Assembly (NCBI GenBank): GCA_973895155.1
Contig: OZ316893.1
Span: forward strand, 13,656,359 to 13,720,358
Origin: Marsupella aquatica
Lineage: Eukaryota; Plantae; Marchantiophyta
Length of the DNA stretch: 64,000 bases
Reading direction: 5' to 3'
In this document: in pieces, positions 1 through 12,500 of the stretch
Layout of the letters: each line of letters starts with the position of its first letter
Position numbering within the stretch: the stretch's first letter is position 1
Notes under the pieces: model-generated
Told to the model about the DNA's origin: nothing
The model's input: only the letters and a program-made list of their open reading frames with translations
Databases searched by the model: none
Translations under genes and position numbers: made by a program

Positions 1-749
1 ACGAGAAACCTTGCAAATAGCCAGAGTTTGCACTCAAGAGTGCACTTAGCGAGCGCTGACCGTAACAGAGATTCCCAAAGATTCCCGTGCTCACTCGCCA
101 ACTTTTAGCACGAATCAGATGAGGCAGCATTGCAGCAAGGTCCTGTACTTACCGATTATTTACGGTCGGTACAGTACTTGGGGACTCTTGGCGTTTCGAG
201 ACGGTGCGACTCCAGAGTGGAGACTCAAGAGGCTACAGTGGAGAAGGCAGTAACGTAAACCCCGTTGCCAACTACAGTAGGATAGTGTAACTACAGTAGA
301 GAGAGCCGTAAGGTGGAACCGAGTTGTCAACGATTTGCCAGCCGTCATTCTTTTTATACAGTACTTGACCCGACCCAAAACGGGGGAGGGGCGCCGGGCG
401 ACTCTAACCCAGGTAAGCGAAACCCTAATAGTCTAACCCCGGCCCGCCGCCTGAAGTTGGTGAAAAAGCCCGGGCATAAAAATGCTGTCGCCGATTTGGG
501 TGACCGCACACTTTGGGGCCGCGTACCATCCCACAAACAAATGGCCTGGACACCCGCATTTTGAATACTTTGAGACGCCCTAGTAGTGTCTTTAAAAAAA
601 TATTTTTTAAATGTCTAAGAAGGGTTCCTTCACTCTTTCTACGGGTTCACTAGGGTTGAGTCTGCCAAGCCCCATAAAGGGAGACAGGATTCTAATGACA
701 AGTACCCAAATAAAGGGTTGAAAAGTAAGGAAAACAAAGGAACACTAAA

Positions 750-942
750 GAGCCATAAAGCCCAAGAGCTTGAGAGTCCCTAAAGAATGGCAAAAGAACT
801 AAAGCTAGGAGCAACAAACTGAAAAGCTGGGTTGAAAAGGAAGGAAGAACAAGGGAAGGCCAAAGAGCCATAAAGCCCAAGAGCTTGAGAGTCACCAAAG
901 AATGGCAAAAGAACTAAAGCTAGGAGCAACAAAATGAAAAGC
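750..942. repeat. Short direct duplication (~80 bp unit, two copies at ~750-828 and ~864-942)
   Basis: agagccataaagcccaagagcttgagagtc...ggagcaacaaa.tgaaaagc occurs twice with few mismatches. Confidence 0.8.
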
Positions 943-3900
943 GTGCTAGAGCTCCTGATGACTCTGTTTGGAACTAATTTTTTTCATCAGAGATACAGAA
1001 GCTCATGAACGGACATAACATTGGTTGACTGACAAGCCTGGATTGACCAAATAAACTATTTTGGTACGTAACAGTACTGTTCTTTGTGAAAATATCCACA
1101 TTTTTGGTCAAAAGTGACCTGGTCCATCTGGGCTGCGTGGTTCAAGGGAGGGGTTCATGTGAGCATCTTTTTCTGTTTTTAGTTCTGATTAAGGAGGACT
1201 TTAATACAATAAATGTTTGTTGAGGTCGATGACGTATTACAACATTTGACCTCAGGACTCAGGTGGACTAATAACTATTTGGTGACATAGCAAAGCAGAG
1301 CATCTATACAAAAGAAACATTTGAGTAGAGCAACGAGTACTGTTCAAAGTGATCCATACAAAAGTGAACAGTCCTTCTAAGCAGCTGTCAAATGCTGTAG
1401 TCTATGAGTCTTCCTCCTTCCTCCCCTTTATTAGGTTTTTTTGCAAATCTTGAGCATCATTATTCTCCCATAAGGTCTTTAAAAAATACAAAAACAAAAG
1501 TCACAAAGGGCACTAAGGTCAGAAATAAATTTGCCATTCTGATTAATGATTATTTGTATGTATAGCATGGGATCTAATTGGTTAACTTGGACTTCAAGTA
1601 ATCCAACTTGATAAAATTTCAAACCTGGGGTTGGTCTACTTACTCCAAGGATGAGGCAATTATTTCTTCATGAAGCTGTTTTTTTATTATTATCAAAATT
1701 CTTAACTCTTAAGGAACCTCGGACCTCTTGCACAAGCATGGGCCTCGGACCTGGTGATTTGAGGTTAAGTCCTCAAATCTGCTGGTAACTCTAATGCCTG
1801 ATAAGGTTAGCTGGAGTGTATCCTAACCATGGTTAAGAATTTCCTCAGGTTAGACTAGTGTAGAGGCCCTATATCAATGCACTAGTGAAGAAGCCAAAAG
1901 TCAGAAAAAACGTTAGGCAAGCCTGATGACAGTGAGGCCCCACGTCGTAGCATGAAGGCTGGAACCTTGGACCTGGTGTGCTGCAGCAAAGTCCTCCACC
2001 ACTAGAGCAAATTTGAGAGGAGACAAATGGACTGTTGTTATTTATTCAATCAACCAACTGGTCCCTAGCCTCGCCTGTCCTTCCCTGAAACCTCTAAGAG
2101 TTGAGCAGCATGATGTTGTCCTTGCTAGTCTTCTGCACCTGAGAGATATTGGCCACCACTGAACTCATCCCCTCACTGTGCAGATTCTCTTCGACTGAAC
2201 TTGTGACACTCATCTTGACTGTGCATTTTTCTCCCTAAATGCGTTGCAAATTTAAAAGACAAAGTGAAGTATTTCTTCCAAAAAATAAAACAAATAAAAC
2301 AAATAAATAAATTTAAAAGACAAAGAGCACAAGGCCATGAAACGAAGGGGCAGAGTCAGCTTGAGTTTTGGTGGATTACTATTGGCCATATTGCCCTCCC
2401 TTAATACACTTACCGGTCTAAGAGCTTCTTGTAACTGTTACTAGTTTCAGTAGAAGTAGATCATAATGCCACTAGAGGCAAAAATTGGGCAAATTACACC
2501 TATCAGCATCATTAGACACTTTTGGCCAAAGATTGCAACTTTTCTTGCTCTCATTAGCCAATTTCCTACCACACCACAGGATCCTTGTCACAATCTGACC
2601 ACTCTCGTTAAATCTAGTGAGATCTAACGGTAGAGAGTTGATATTTAAAATTGAGACAAACAACATTGTTAGCATCTCCTCCCGGTTACCATTTGTTACT
2701 ACATGACAAATGGTAATAAATCCTTAAAGATTACCCTCTCCATCACAGCGACAAAGTCCTTCTTGTCGGGTGCCATCGAAAGTGCAGTAGTGGGTTTTCT
2801 TTTGGCTGTTCCCTTCCGTCCACAGCTTGTAGGGACCGGAGGAACATTCGCTGAAGAATATTTGGGGCCCCAGTTTTATGGTTAGCAAGAAGCACTTTTA
2901 ACTTTATATATCGAGAAAACTGCTTTGCGGGGAAAGTTGGTGGGGCACGTTTACTTGGTGGGACTCCTTATTAGGGCATCTTTCCACTCACCTCCTCACC
3001 CGTTCTTGCAAGGGGCAATCTAACTAATGATCGCTGAATCGCTGATCCAAAGCTGCCATCTGGAGCCTATGGTCTAAAGTGAAGTCTCTAATATAAATCG
3101 TGATACTTGGGTAACAGCAAGTTTCTGTGAGAGTAACTGTGGGCCTGACCCAAGCTCGGCGGGCATAGTCCGTCCCTACACGTTAAGGGTCATTGGATGA
3201 TTTTTACTGCTCTTCCCTTATCAGGGTTTGCCATGTAGGCAGATTTTATATTTCATTATTTTAAACCATATTTTGCGGTGTATTTGTAGGGTTGAAGTTG
3301 AGCACAGTGCATAGCCAGGGGTGTCAGAAGTGGTGTCTGTACACGTGATTACACCAGATCGACAAATCCCAACCGTTTATCTAGGGTATGACCACTTAAC
3401 ATATATTTAGGGTCTTTCATTGCTCCTTAATGGAGCAATGGGGCTCCCGTATGCCTGCGGGTCGGCATGTGGTCGCCCCATATGCTCCATTAAAGAGCAT
3501 ATTAGGACCATAAATATATACTTTATGTCATTATCACCCTCTTTGCAGTAAGGGGGAAAATGGGCCTGATGGTTTAGCAGTCCTGAAGCCTGAGAGGCAG
3601 AGGGGTGCACTACCCCCCTACGGTGCTTGCCACCTCCTGTTTGGCTCTCCTCTGTTCTCATCCTCCTAGGTTTGGTTGCGGAAAAACTGGGCTGAAATTG
3701 TGTGTCCAATTCCAGGTAGGCTCACTTCTCCGCTCTGTCAGTGATGATCAATGCTGAATTTTCATGCTTGTTTGTTTAAACACAGAAACTTTTTTTCATG
3801 CCCCCCTGCCCAAAACCAGATAAAATGGATGGGCCAAGACTGTTGCCGGTCCCATAAGTTTTGCCAGGGAGCTTGCAAGATCAATTTTCACTCCCAATGG

Positions 3901-4434
3901 GCCCAGAACGTTTTCAACTTACTTCCCTTCTTGAAATAAGTAAAAGTAAGTACCTCTATGTCACTTTTCATAACTGCAATTCCTTACTAATCTATGACCT
4001 ACAATTACTAAAATATGATTAAAACACCACTTACTTGGCATGTGAATCTAGAAGTTTAAAGAACCTGCCGCGTCCCAGAGCTAGCCAAGGTGGTCCCAAC
4101 TCTCAATATGGACTCGGGTTGTCTTTCCATCAGTTTGGGGCCATGGACACCCCTTCCTAATTCCTTCCACCATGTGGTTTGCTTATAGTGGGACACCTTG
4201 TGAAGAACTCTCGCTTACTGTCCTTGTTCATTCATTGGCTTCTATCTCTTTGAAATGTCCACATGTCAATACAAACAACCCAGATGACAAGATGGATCCA
4301 AGACCAGCACCTTCTACTCCGCTAGACTAACCGAGTCAACCACAATAGGACTCATTTTGACCGTGGATATTAATGTGTTAACCATCTAAATCCGCTCGAT
4401 TGCGGCGGGAACATTCTCCCTGGTCATCCCAACG

Positions 4435-4471
4435 TAGCTTACTTTAGTTTACTTTAGCTTACTTTAGCTTA
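4435..4471. repeat. Minisatellite, ~10-bp unit (tagcttactt) x~4
   Basis: tagcttactt tagtttactt tagcttactt tagctta is visible directly. Confidence 0.75.
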
Positions 4472-6114
4472 GTCATAGATAGATAGTCATACAGGACAGA
4501 AGTAAGCGGCGTTCCCCAGACCGACCGCCAGCTTGCCGCCACTCGCAGGACGGGAACGGATAAGGGGACCCGGCCTTCCCCGGTTAAATTACCGTACTGG
4601 GATATTATGGGAGCGGATGGAAAGGTAAAGTCTCTGACAGTTATCGAGCCGTCCGATTGAACGTTGAGCGAAGTGCTGCCGTCCGTAATTGAGTGGTAGG
4701 CCCCGTTCTGCATTTAAGTTTTTAATCTTGGCGGGAGTAGATGCACTGGGGCCTGGGAGCCAAGACTTGTGGATAAGGGGCCTTGGCGACCAGAATTGCA
4801 TGGAACGCGATCCTGGTCCGCCTAGGACAGCCACCGGCTTCGTTGGAGTGCGGAGGACGCGTGTCCGTCGTGAGAAGAGGGCGACTGGCTATTGTCGGTC
4901 ACGAGAACCGGGAATGATGAAAAGCTCCCGACAGGTGTGTTCCTCAACTTGCAGAGATCGGCATGTGGACCAATGAGGACAGCGGTCTGTAGAGAATATA
5001 TGTAGCCTGGTCCGTCCAGGAGGGGTGGGACTCGGGCAGGGAAACTTTGAGGGTTTTCTCTTTTTCCGAAGTGTGTGAAAGAGTAGATTGCTCTATGACC
5101 ATTAGATCTCACTATATTTATGGTGACAGCCAGATTGCCAATTTCATGGGCCAACTTTCGTCAAAACAAGGCTGGATTGGGGCCTGTGGGGTCAATAGCT
5201 TCAATCAATCGGTAGGAATGTATTTATTCTTTTTATGAATTACTCCAATGAAAGCAAACTATTTAACTGATATTTTGTTGTCCTTCATGTTATCATACAA
5301 CCTAATGAGCCTATGGGTCGGTAGAGCTCTTTTGGCTTTTCTAGTTGTGGAAAGGTAAGGACAGAACACCTTTCCATGAACTTTCCTGTTTATTGCTAAC
5401 TAACAACAGATTACCACTCGCTAGCATATAACAGTCCCATGCGAATGAAATCTTTTGGGATGACATCACTCGACACGCTTTTATATCTCTCCTGAGCGAC
5501 AAAATGATCAACTTCGTTACAACATTCCATGCCTCCAGATGATTCCAGCCAAAGCTTCAACTTGTCTGAATAAATATAACCAGGAACCAGGGTCATACTT
5601 CTTCCCTCAGAATGCACCAAAATGGAAGGCTCCTGAACCGTTCAGGTTTCATTGGACCCAAAGTCGACCCCCACCTGTTATGTACTCCACTCCTGCAGTT
5701 GGATTGAGGGCAGGCCCCCAAACAGATTTTGCATGTGCAACCAGCCCTCAACAGTCCAGCTCTAGATCTCCTCCCCACATTCCCAGAGAGAGGCAGTCTA
5801 TCGCTAAGTCTACTGTCCAATCATCGTTTTGCCGAGGACTCTAAAGGGATGAAAAATTCCAGTCCTCTAAGTTTTGTCTTGCCCTTACTTGCCTAAAGTA
5901 CTCCCTTACTTGCCTAAAGTACTTCCTATTCCACTGGGTCGCTCTGCAAATCACTTTATGCTAGGGAAATCAATGGATCTCATACTGGTAAGGTTCAATG
6001 GATCTCATATTGGAAGGTTGCAGACATACGAGATGGCCTTAGCCAAACATAGAGGCAAGCCTCTCCAAGATATTTACTCTAGTTAATTTAGAAGTTTTGA
6101 CCCTAAGATGGGAT

Positions 6115-6355
6115 TGTTCATCTACAACTATAATAAGAGATTTTATTTTTTTGTCCTTCGTCCCAATACAAAATGCTCCTGGGCAGGAGATATCCACAGC
6201 CGTTGGATTCTATTAGTTGTTTTTCCTGATCATTGATGGAAAAAATATGCACCCCTGACACATATGTGCTTCCCGTTGCTCCATAAATACCCCGGCCGAT
6301 ATCTATGGACCAGACCTCCTTGCACAGTGCAAAACACTGGCACAGGGCTCATACC
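6115..6355 (+). repeat. Dispersed repeat / putative non-autonomous TE fragment; second copy at ~12555-12800
   Basis: Shared blocks in the same order in both copies: catctacaa.tataat, gtcccaatacaaaa, acagccgttggattc, aaatatgcacccctg, atgtgcttccc, aaa/gcactggca.agggct. Confidence 0.6.
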
Positions 6356-6697
6356 TTATAATTGTGCACAATTGTATGTATATATGTCTTCCTATGGAAA
6401 AAACCCAGCCCTAAAACCATGTTATCCTAGTTCAACATAAGTTTCCATAAATCCTGTGCAAGCTTAAGAATCATATTCAAGAAAGTTTGGATCCCATTTA
6501 ATCTTATATCTCCAGAATTCACTAGTTCCCGAGATTTCTCGAGAAGTTTCCCAAAACTCATTCACTAGGCCAGATGAAGTTGTAGGGAAACTTCCAGTTG
6601 CGTCCCACACTTTCCAGACAGACTGCTCTTACTAAGTAGAAGTTATTGCTTACATTGTCGGCCCTTTAAAATCTGGAAGGTAACTTTCTATCAAAAT

Positions 6698-9523
6698 ATG
6701 ACATATACTATGTACGACACCCCTATATACAATGATAATACTAATTTTTTCCTTCCAATTAATGAATGTAATCACATTTTGATGTGTGATTACCATAGGT
6801 TGTTAGCGTTGGCCTCTCGGACCTCTGAGCCAGTCGAGGAGCCATCTGTCCCTCCAGGGCAGCGCCGGCTTCGCCAGTGCCTTCTATTGGGGCAGGCGGA
6901 GGAGTTTTCTCGGGCTGCTCGCTCCTTGGTCCCCCTCTCCCCCTCTCCTCCATCAGCCGAGACAGTTCTTGCCTTACGGTCTCTTCATCCCCCGGCTGCA
7001 TCTGAGGTTCCTTGTTTTCTCGGGAGCTTTACCCCTGAGACCGAGTTCTCCCTATCCCGTGAGGTGTTCTCCTCTGTCTTCCTTCATCTACCCCGCCTAT
7101 CCGCGGGCGGGATTTCTGGGATGAAGTTCGAGCACCTACGCGATTGCTTTTGTCCCGACGACTCGGCATCTGGTTTTTCTGAGTTGTTCCAGGTTTGTGC
7201 CCATGTCGCGGGGGGCCGTATTCCTCCCGTGGTCGCTTGGCTTTTGGGGGCCTGTCGGCTTCTGGCTATGGCCAAAGAGACTGGGGGTGTCAGGCCCTTG
7301 GCCATTGGGGAGGTCTTGTTTCGCTTGGTGAGCCGTTGTGTTTGTCTGCAAACTCGGGCTCCCTTTTCGTCACACTTTTTTCCTCACCAGTTTGGTGTGG
7401 CCACCCCTGGCGGCTGCGAGAGTGTGGTGCATGGCCTTCGTGCCATCTTGGATATCCACCCCGACTGGGCGGTTATTCAGGTGGATGTGGCTAATGCATT
7501 CAACTCTGTATCCCGTCGGGTCATGTTTGAGGAGTTGCGGGCCGCTGGAGGGGAGATCGCATCCCTCATCCCCTTTGCCCAGGCCTTCTATGGGGCCCCG
7601 ACCCCCCTGGTTTACCCTGACCATCTTGTTCCTGGGTCCTATGTGACCATCTCATCCGAGTCCGGGACTAGGCAGGGTGACCCCCTTGGTGGGGCGTTGT
7701 TTGCTATGGCGCACCTTCGTGCTATTCGTGCCTCTTCGGATGCCTTCCCGGGTTGCATGTTTCCTTCTGTTGCGGATGACACTCACATTGTTGCCCCGGT
7801 CTCACTTGTTGGGGACGCCTATTCCCACTTTGTGGACCAGCTTACCCTTATTGGTCTTTCAGTCCAGCCTCGGAAGTGTGGGGTTTGGTCTCGTCTCCCC
7901 CTCCCCCACTCTTTCACCCCACCTCTTGGTATACCCATTTGGCTCGAGGGCATTAGAGTCCTTGGGGTGCCTTTCGGGGGAGCGGTCTTTGAGCAGGATT
8001 TTCTTCTTGCGGCCCTATCCCAGGACGTTTTGCATATTGACCAGTTGGCGTCCTTGGGGGATGCCCAGATCTCCTTTTTGATCTTGGTCCTTTGTTTTGT
8101 TCGGCGTCCTTCCTATCTTCTCCGGACAGTCCCTCCTACCGCGATGTTCCTGTCCTTACTCTCGTCATTTGACACCACTGTGATGAGAGTCTTTGGTCAC
8201 CTCATTGGTCCGGGAGCCCTTGATGGAGAGGATGGTTCTTTTGCGGCTAGGCAGGCTGCGTTACCCCCATCGGGAGGGGGTATGGGGATGGCCTCGGCAG
8301 TGGACACTGCCCCTTGTGCGTTTCTTGGTAGTTGGGGGCAGGTGGCCCCTACCTTGGCCTCACGTTTCATTGTGGACCTTCGGCCTATCCTCTCTGACTC
8401 GGTCATGGGAGTGGAGACTTCGTCATGCACGTCCTTATTGCCGGAGGACGTGCAAAGCGTGGTCCCTGCTTTCGAGGGAGTTGTTATGGACAGCCCGGAT
8501 CGAGTCCAACAGGTGATTTCTGATCGCATGCACCGACACACCCTTTCCAGCATGCTTTCTGAGGCACCCTCGGATTTGGTACGAGCTCGTCTTTTATCCG
8601 GTTCGGGCGCTGGTTCGGGGGCTTGGCTATTGGCGAGTCCTCTTTGGGCCCCCTTTCGTATGAGTTCTTTTATTTTTACCACATCCACGCGCCTTCGGTT
8701 GGGTCTTCCTCACCCTTGCCTCTTGGGTCAGCCCACTTGCGTCTGTGGTGCGCCCCTTGATGGGCAAGACATTCACATTCTCAGGTGTGGTCATGGTAGT
8801 GAGAGGACTGCGACACACGACGACATTCGGGACGTGGTGGCGGCCATTGCCCGTGATTCTGGTTACCATGTCATGATGGAGCAGAGACATGTGTTACCTC
8901 CACGGGATGGGGTTTCTGATCGCCGTCGTGCAGATTTGGTATTCTCTCGGGCTGGTGTTCGTGCCCTTGGGGATGTCGTTGTTGCTGATCCGACTAGTGG
9001 GGCCAACGTGGCTTCGGCGGCTCATATACCTGGCCATGCCGCCGCGAGGGCAACTCGGCTGAAGGAGGAGGCCTATGCTGTGCGGTACCCCGGGGACCTC
9101 TTCTACCCGTTTGCCGTGGAGGTCTTTGGGGCGCTACACCCATCCTTTGACCGTTTTCTTCGCTCTTGCGCAGTTCAGTACGTCGAGCGGAGGCCCTTTC
9201 CCCCTATGTCGGTCATCACTGCATTCTTTAGACAGAGGGTGTCTGTTGCGCTTCAGCGGGCACAGGCGTTCACTATTCTTCGTAGGGGGGAGACTGTTGG
9301 TCTTAGGGCCGCTAGTAGGATTCCTTTCCTTTGCTTGACCCCCTCATGCAGTTCACACCGGAGCTTTACCAGGCTCTCCAGTTTGCTGATAGGTAGGCGT
9401 TTGGGTTCTTGTGTCTTTGGGCTTGCTTTTCTTGGCCCCTTGGTGGTTTCCCCCCTTGATTGGGTCTTTTGGCTGTGGGATCACGTCTCCCAGTTCAGCG
9501 TCCTTTGTTTTTTGGCAGTTTGA
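6698..9523 (+). CDS. Reverse transcriptase / RLE endonuclease ORF of the CRE-like element. The first ~35 codons are probably AT-rich flank, and the last ~60 aa may be out of the native frame.
   Basis: RT motifs: RPLAIGEVLFRLVSR, QFGVATPGGCE, DVANAFNSVSR, GTRQGDPLG, SVADD (YxDD position), VLGVPFG, GGMG. C-terminal motifs: CVCG..HILRC, R..HD, RRADLV, GDVVVADP, K..Y, PFAVEVFG (RLE). Confidence 0.85.
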   Translation: MTYTMYDTPIYNDNTNFFLPINECNHILMCDYHRLLALASRTSEPVEEPSVPPGQRRLRQCLLLGQAEEFSRAARSLVPLSPSPPSAETVLALRSLHPPAASEVPCFLGSFTPETEFSLSREVFSSVFLHLPRLSAGGISGMKFEHLRDCFCPDDSASGFSELFQVCAHVAGGRIPPVVAWLLGACRLLAMAKETGGVRPLAIGEVLFRLVSRCVCLQTRAPFSSHFFPHQFGVATPGGCESVVHGLRAILDIHPDWAVIQVDVANAFNSVSRRVMFEELRAAGGEIASLIPFAQAFYGAPTPLVYPDHLVPGSYVTISSESGTRQGDPLGGALFAMAHLRAIRASSDAFPGCMFPSVADDTHIVAPVSLVGDAYSHFVDQLTLIGLSVQPRKCGVWSRLPLPHSFTPPLGIPIWLEGIRVLGVPFGGAVFEQDFLLAALSQDVLHIDQLASLGDAQISFLILVLCFVRRPSYLLRTVPPTAMFLSLLSSFDTTVMRVFGHLIGPGALDGEDGSFAARQAALPPSGGGMGMASAVDTAPCAFLGSWGQVAPTLASRFIVDLRPILSDSVMGVETSSCTSLLPEDVQSVVPAFEGVVMDSPDRVQQVISDRMHRHTLSSMLSEAPSDLVRARLLSGSGAGSGAWLLASPLWAPFRMSSFIFTTSTRLRLGLPHPCLLGQPTCVCGAPLDGQDIHILRCGHGSERTATHDDIRDVVAAIARDSGYHVMMEQRHVLPPRDGVSDRRRADLVFSRAGVRALGDVVVADPTSGANVASAAHIPGHAAARATRLKEEAYAVRYPGDLFYPFAVEVFGALHPSFDRFLRSCAVQYVERRPFPPMSVITAFFRQRVSVALQRAQAFTILRRGETVGLRAASRIPFLCLTPSCSSHRSFTRLSSLLIGRRLGSCVFGLAFLGPLVVSPLDWVFWLWDHVSQFSVLCFLAV

Positions 9524-9530
9524 TATATAT
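6800..9530 (+). mobile_element. CRE-clade-like non-LTR retrotransposon (RT + CCHC + restriction-like endonuclease), 5'-truncated, ending at a short (TA)n
   Basis: GC content rises abruptly at ~6800 and falls after gatatatatag (~9522-9533). The internal ORF has RT and RLE motifs. Confidence 0.8.
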
Positions 9531-12500
9531 AGTAGGGACTTTCTATTGTTCTCCTTCAATATTCAAGTAGATAATTTTCATCTTTTCCGATTCCCCAAAA
9601 GGATAAGGATAAGTACTTTTCGAACAAAGAATCTAGGAGCCCGGGACGCCCTTTATGGACAAAAGACATCATTCGCCCCTGCTCGCATAAATAAATTTTC
9701 ATGGGATCAGCGGAGGAGGGAAAGATTCTGTCAACATGACAGGTGTCCATAATTATTCTCCAATAATGAATAAAATTTTATATATTTGTTTCCCTCGATG
9801 TGGGTACTTTGTTGAGTAATAAAGTCCAACATGGCGAATAGATTCGCACACAAGCGAAAGATATAGGTACAGTGCACTCGTAGAGCGAGCTTTTGGCACT
9901 CGGTATCGACGGCCACGATGGTCAGATCCGAGATCGTGTTCCTGGGCTGGCCTACCGTGGAAGATGCCGGATCGTCATCCTTGTCACTACTTTTGGAATG
10001 TCTGGCAGCATTTGATTCGCCTGGTGGGCTACCACTGGTCCTACCCTTCGCGGGTGCAGTATGGCCCGTCGGTTGGCGTGCGGGTGACCTTCGGTTATTT
10101 CAAAAGGCAGGCCCTCCCTCTAATTACCTCACTCGATCCAGTGGACTAATAAGTGATATTCTTCAAGAGATATACTGTAGTTGATGGACCTCTAAATTGA
10201 ACAGTCTTATTTTATGGCCCCCATGAGATTTTTCGTAAGTAGATTTGAGGTCTATCAATTCTGTAGATCATTCATTGGGTCTATTCTGTGATATGGCTTA
10301 CTTCCGTGCATTGGTTTTCCGGCTGTGGGCTGTTATGTGGACAATTCTGAGAAGCTGACATGGGATGGCACACTCACACACTCCCCAGAGAAGAAACAGA
10401 TTGCAAGATGGCAGCCTGCAGAAATATCATGTCACAAACCCTTAGAGATAAGAAAGAGCAGGAAAATCATGTCACAATCCCTGAGAGATAAGTGTTAAGG
10501 GACCATATATGGCAGTGCAGGCAACATAGATGTGTTTGCCAAGGCAAGTACCTCCTGGGGTTTTTTTTCCACAAAAATGACAAATCATGTGCAATAAAGG
10601 ATATGATAGTTTTATTGATTTTAAGAAAAGATTTTTAAAAAAGTTGAGAAAAATAACAGGGTCTTTTAAATCCAACTTTGAGACTTATAAGTACATTAGA
10701 GTCTTTTTAATAAAATATTCCAAGAATATTTCAACTTTATAGGGGTCAAAACAAAAAACAAATCTTACATTTTAGGAGTCCAAGGCCTAAAAACACGCAG
10801 GTGATGGGGAGGGCCCCATAGAGAGAGACCCCCAAGAGGACATGCATTTAAAGACTGCGAAAACAGCACAACGCTAGTCAGCATCCTGAGTTTGAGTCTG
10901 TGTTGTTGAGCAAAGATTACATTCACAATGAGAAACTCATGATCGTCCAACACACAAGTAGTCAAAAAATAGAGATATGTGTTTCACTTCAAGTGAAGCT
11001 ACTTCCACAGGAGATTGAAGGAACTCAAACTCGTCATTACAGAGCCAATTGAGAGAGTGAGAACTTGTATTCCAGAGACTCTGCATGGCCAATGGGCTTA
11101 GAGTGTAGTAACTCTTGTGTTCTTGTGAATCTAGCCTCAGATGAGGTGAATTATGTATCTTCTATGTCAACTACTTGTGTATTTGGTGGATATTGCTTAT
11201 GTGCATGTTGTCTTATGAGTAATGGTCGTTTGTACTCAACATGTGTCATCCACTCATGCAAGCCGAAAGCCCCCCAGAAACCCTGAATGACTCCGATTAT
11301 GGTGTGGAGCAATCGCAACAGGTTTTCCACCAAGCTAGGGAGTCCATCAAGCATATGGCCCTTTAGAGAATAGATTTGTGAAAGAGCACATGCGTCTATC
11401 TCCAACCAAAATGGATTAGTAGTTTATGCTGAGATTGCACCATCTTGAGGAGAATTATAACACTCTACATGTGAGGTGGTAAGATCTAGGCCTGGCTTGA
11501 ATAAATTGCTCGCAGTCCTGCCATCTCACTCTCACATCTAACCATCTATAAAAGTTGGCTCTATCACTCTACTCTTATAAAAACTTGGCACTAGAGGGAA
11601 ACAAATGAAGGTGGCTTGCATGGCTCTACTATCACACATGATCATGCGTGAAAGTTGGATCTATAAAGGTGATATGCATCCCAGAGAGGCAAGGCTATGT
11701 GATAGCTCACTTGAGTGAAGGCTATGTGGTAGTTCACTCGAGTGAACTGATATTCTTTGGTTCAAATATTGTGACTGACGGCTCCTTTTCTGTGGAGTTT
11801 CACAGATTTCCCCTTTAAAATAAAAGTGACTTGCATAAGCTGGCTCTCTATTGCATTACTCTCACATGGGACTATGTGTAAAAGTTCGGCTCTACAAGAA
11901 AATAGAATTGGGTTTTCATTGTCGTTTTGCCTGGAGTAAGTTGACACTAAAACATGGTCAAACAAGGCAGAATCACAAAACATTGACTAAAAGAATGTAA
12001 GACCAACTGTAGATCTCAACCTGAGAACTGGGCAGGCTTCCTCCAGCACTCCACTTGGTCACAAATATTGCAACACACATCAGTCTATGGCACCTGAGAT
12101 TGTTGCAATCTATGCTCACTTCCGTGAGGTGGGCTTCATGCAAGCCTACGTAAGTGGTGGTGTTCCAAGTGGCCACGCACCGTTGGGCAGGCGGTGCAAT
12201 GTTCTACATGACTTTTTGTAAGCTAACCTACCTCAGTCTGGCCTAAAGTTGGTTTCACACGAAGGTCACGTGAGAGTTCTTACTCACAGAAAATGTCAAA
12301 CAGTTATTACTCAATTTTCATGATCACGTTGGGCAGAAAATTTTAAATAAATTTTCATCAATTGCCTTTATCACGTTGGGAAGAAAATGGCAGAAATTAA
12401 TTATTACGCAATCGCCATTATCACATTGTGAACTTGTTCTTGCTTTTGACGAGACTACTAGGTTTAATGTCTCAGCTTGCTCGTAAATGACTACCATTCT

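Noticed and set aside
1-587. Possible CACTA end (ctagtagtg at ~580-588, repeated actacagt motifs)
   Set aside because: No partner TIR, TSD or transposase is visible in the window, and a short match can occur by chance.
10860-12300. Apparent decayed coding sequence, possibly a transposase remnant
   Set aside because: It is fragmented by stops and no diagnostic motif could be recognised.
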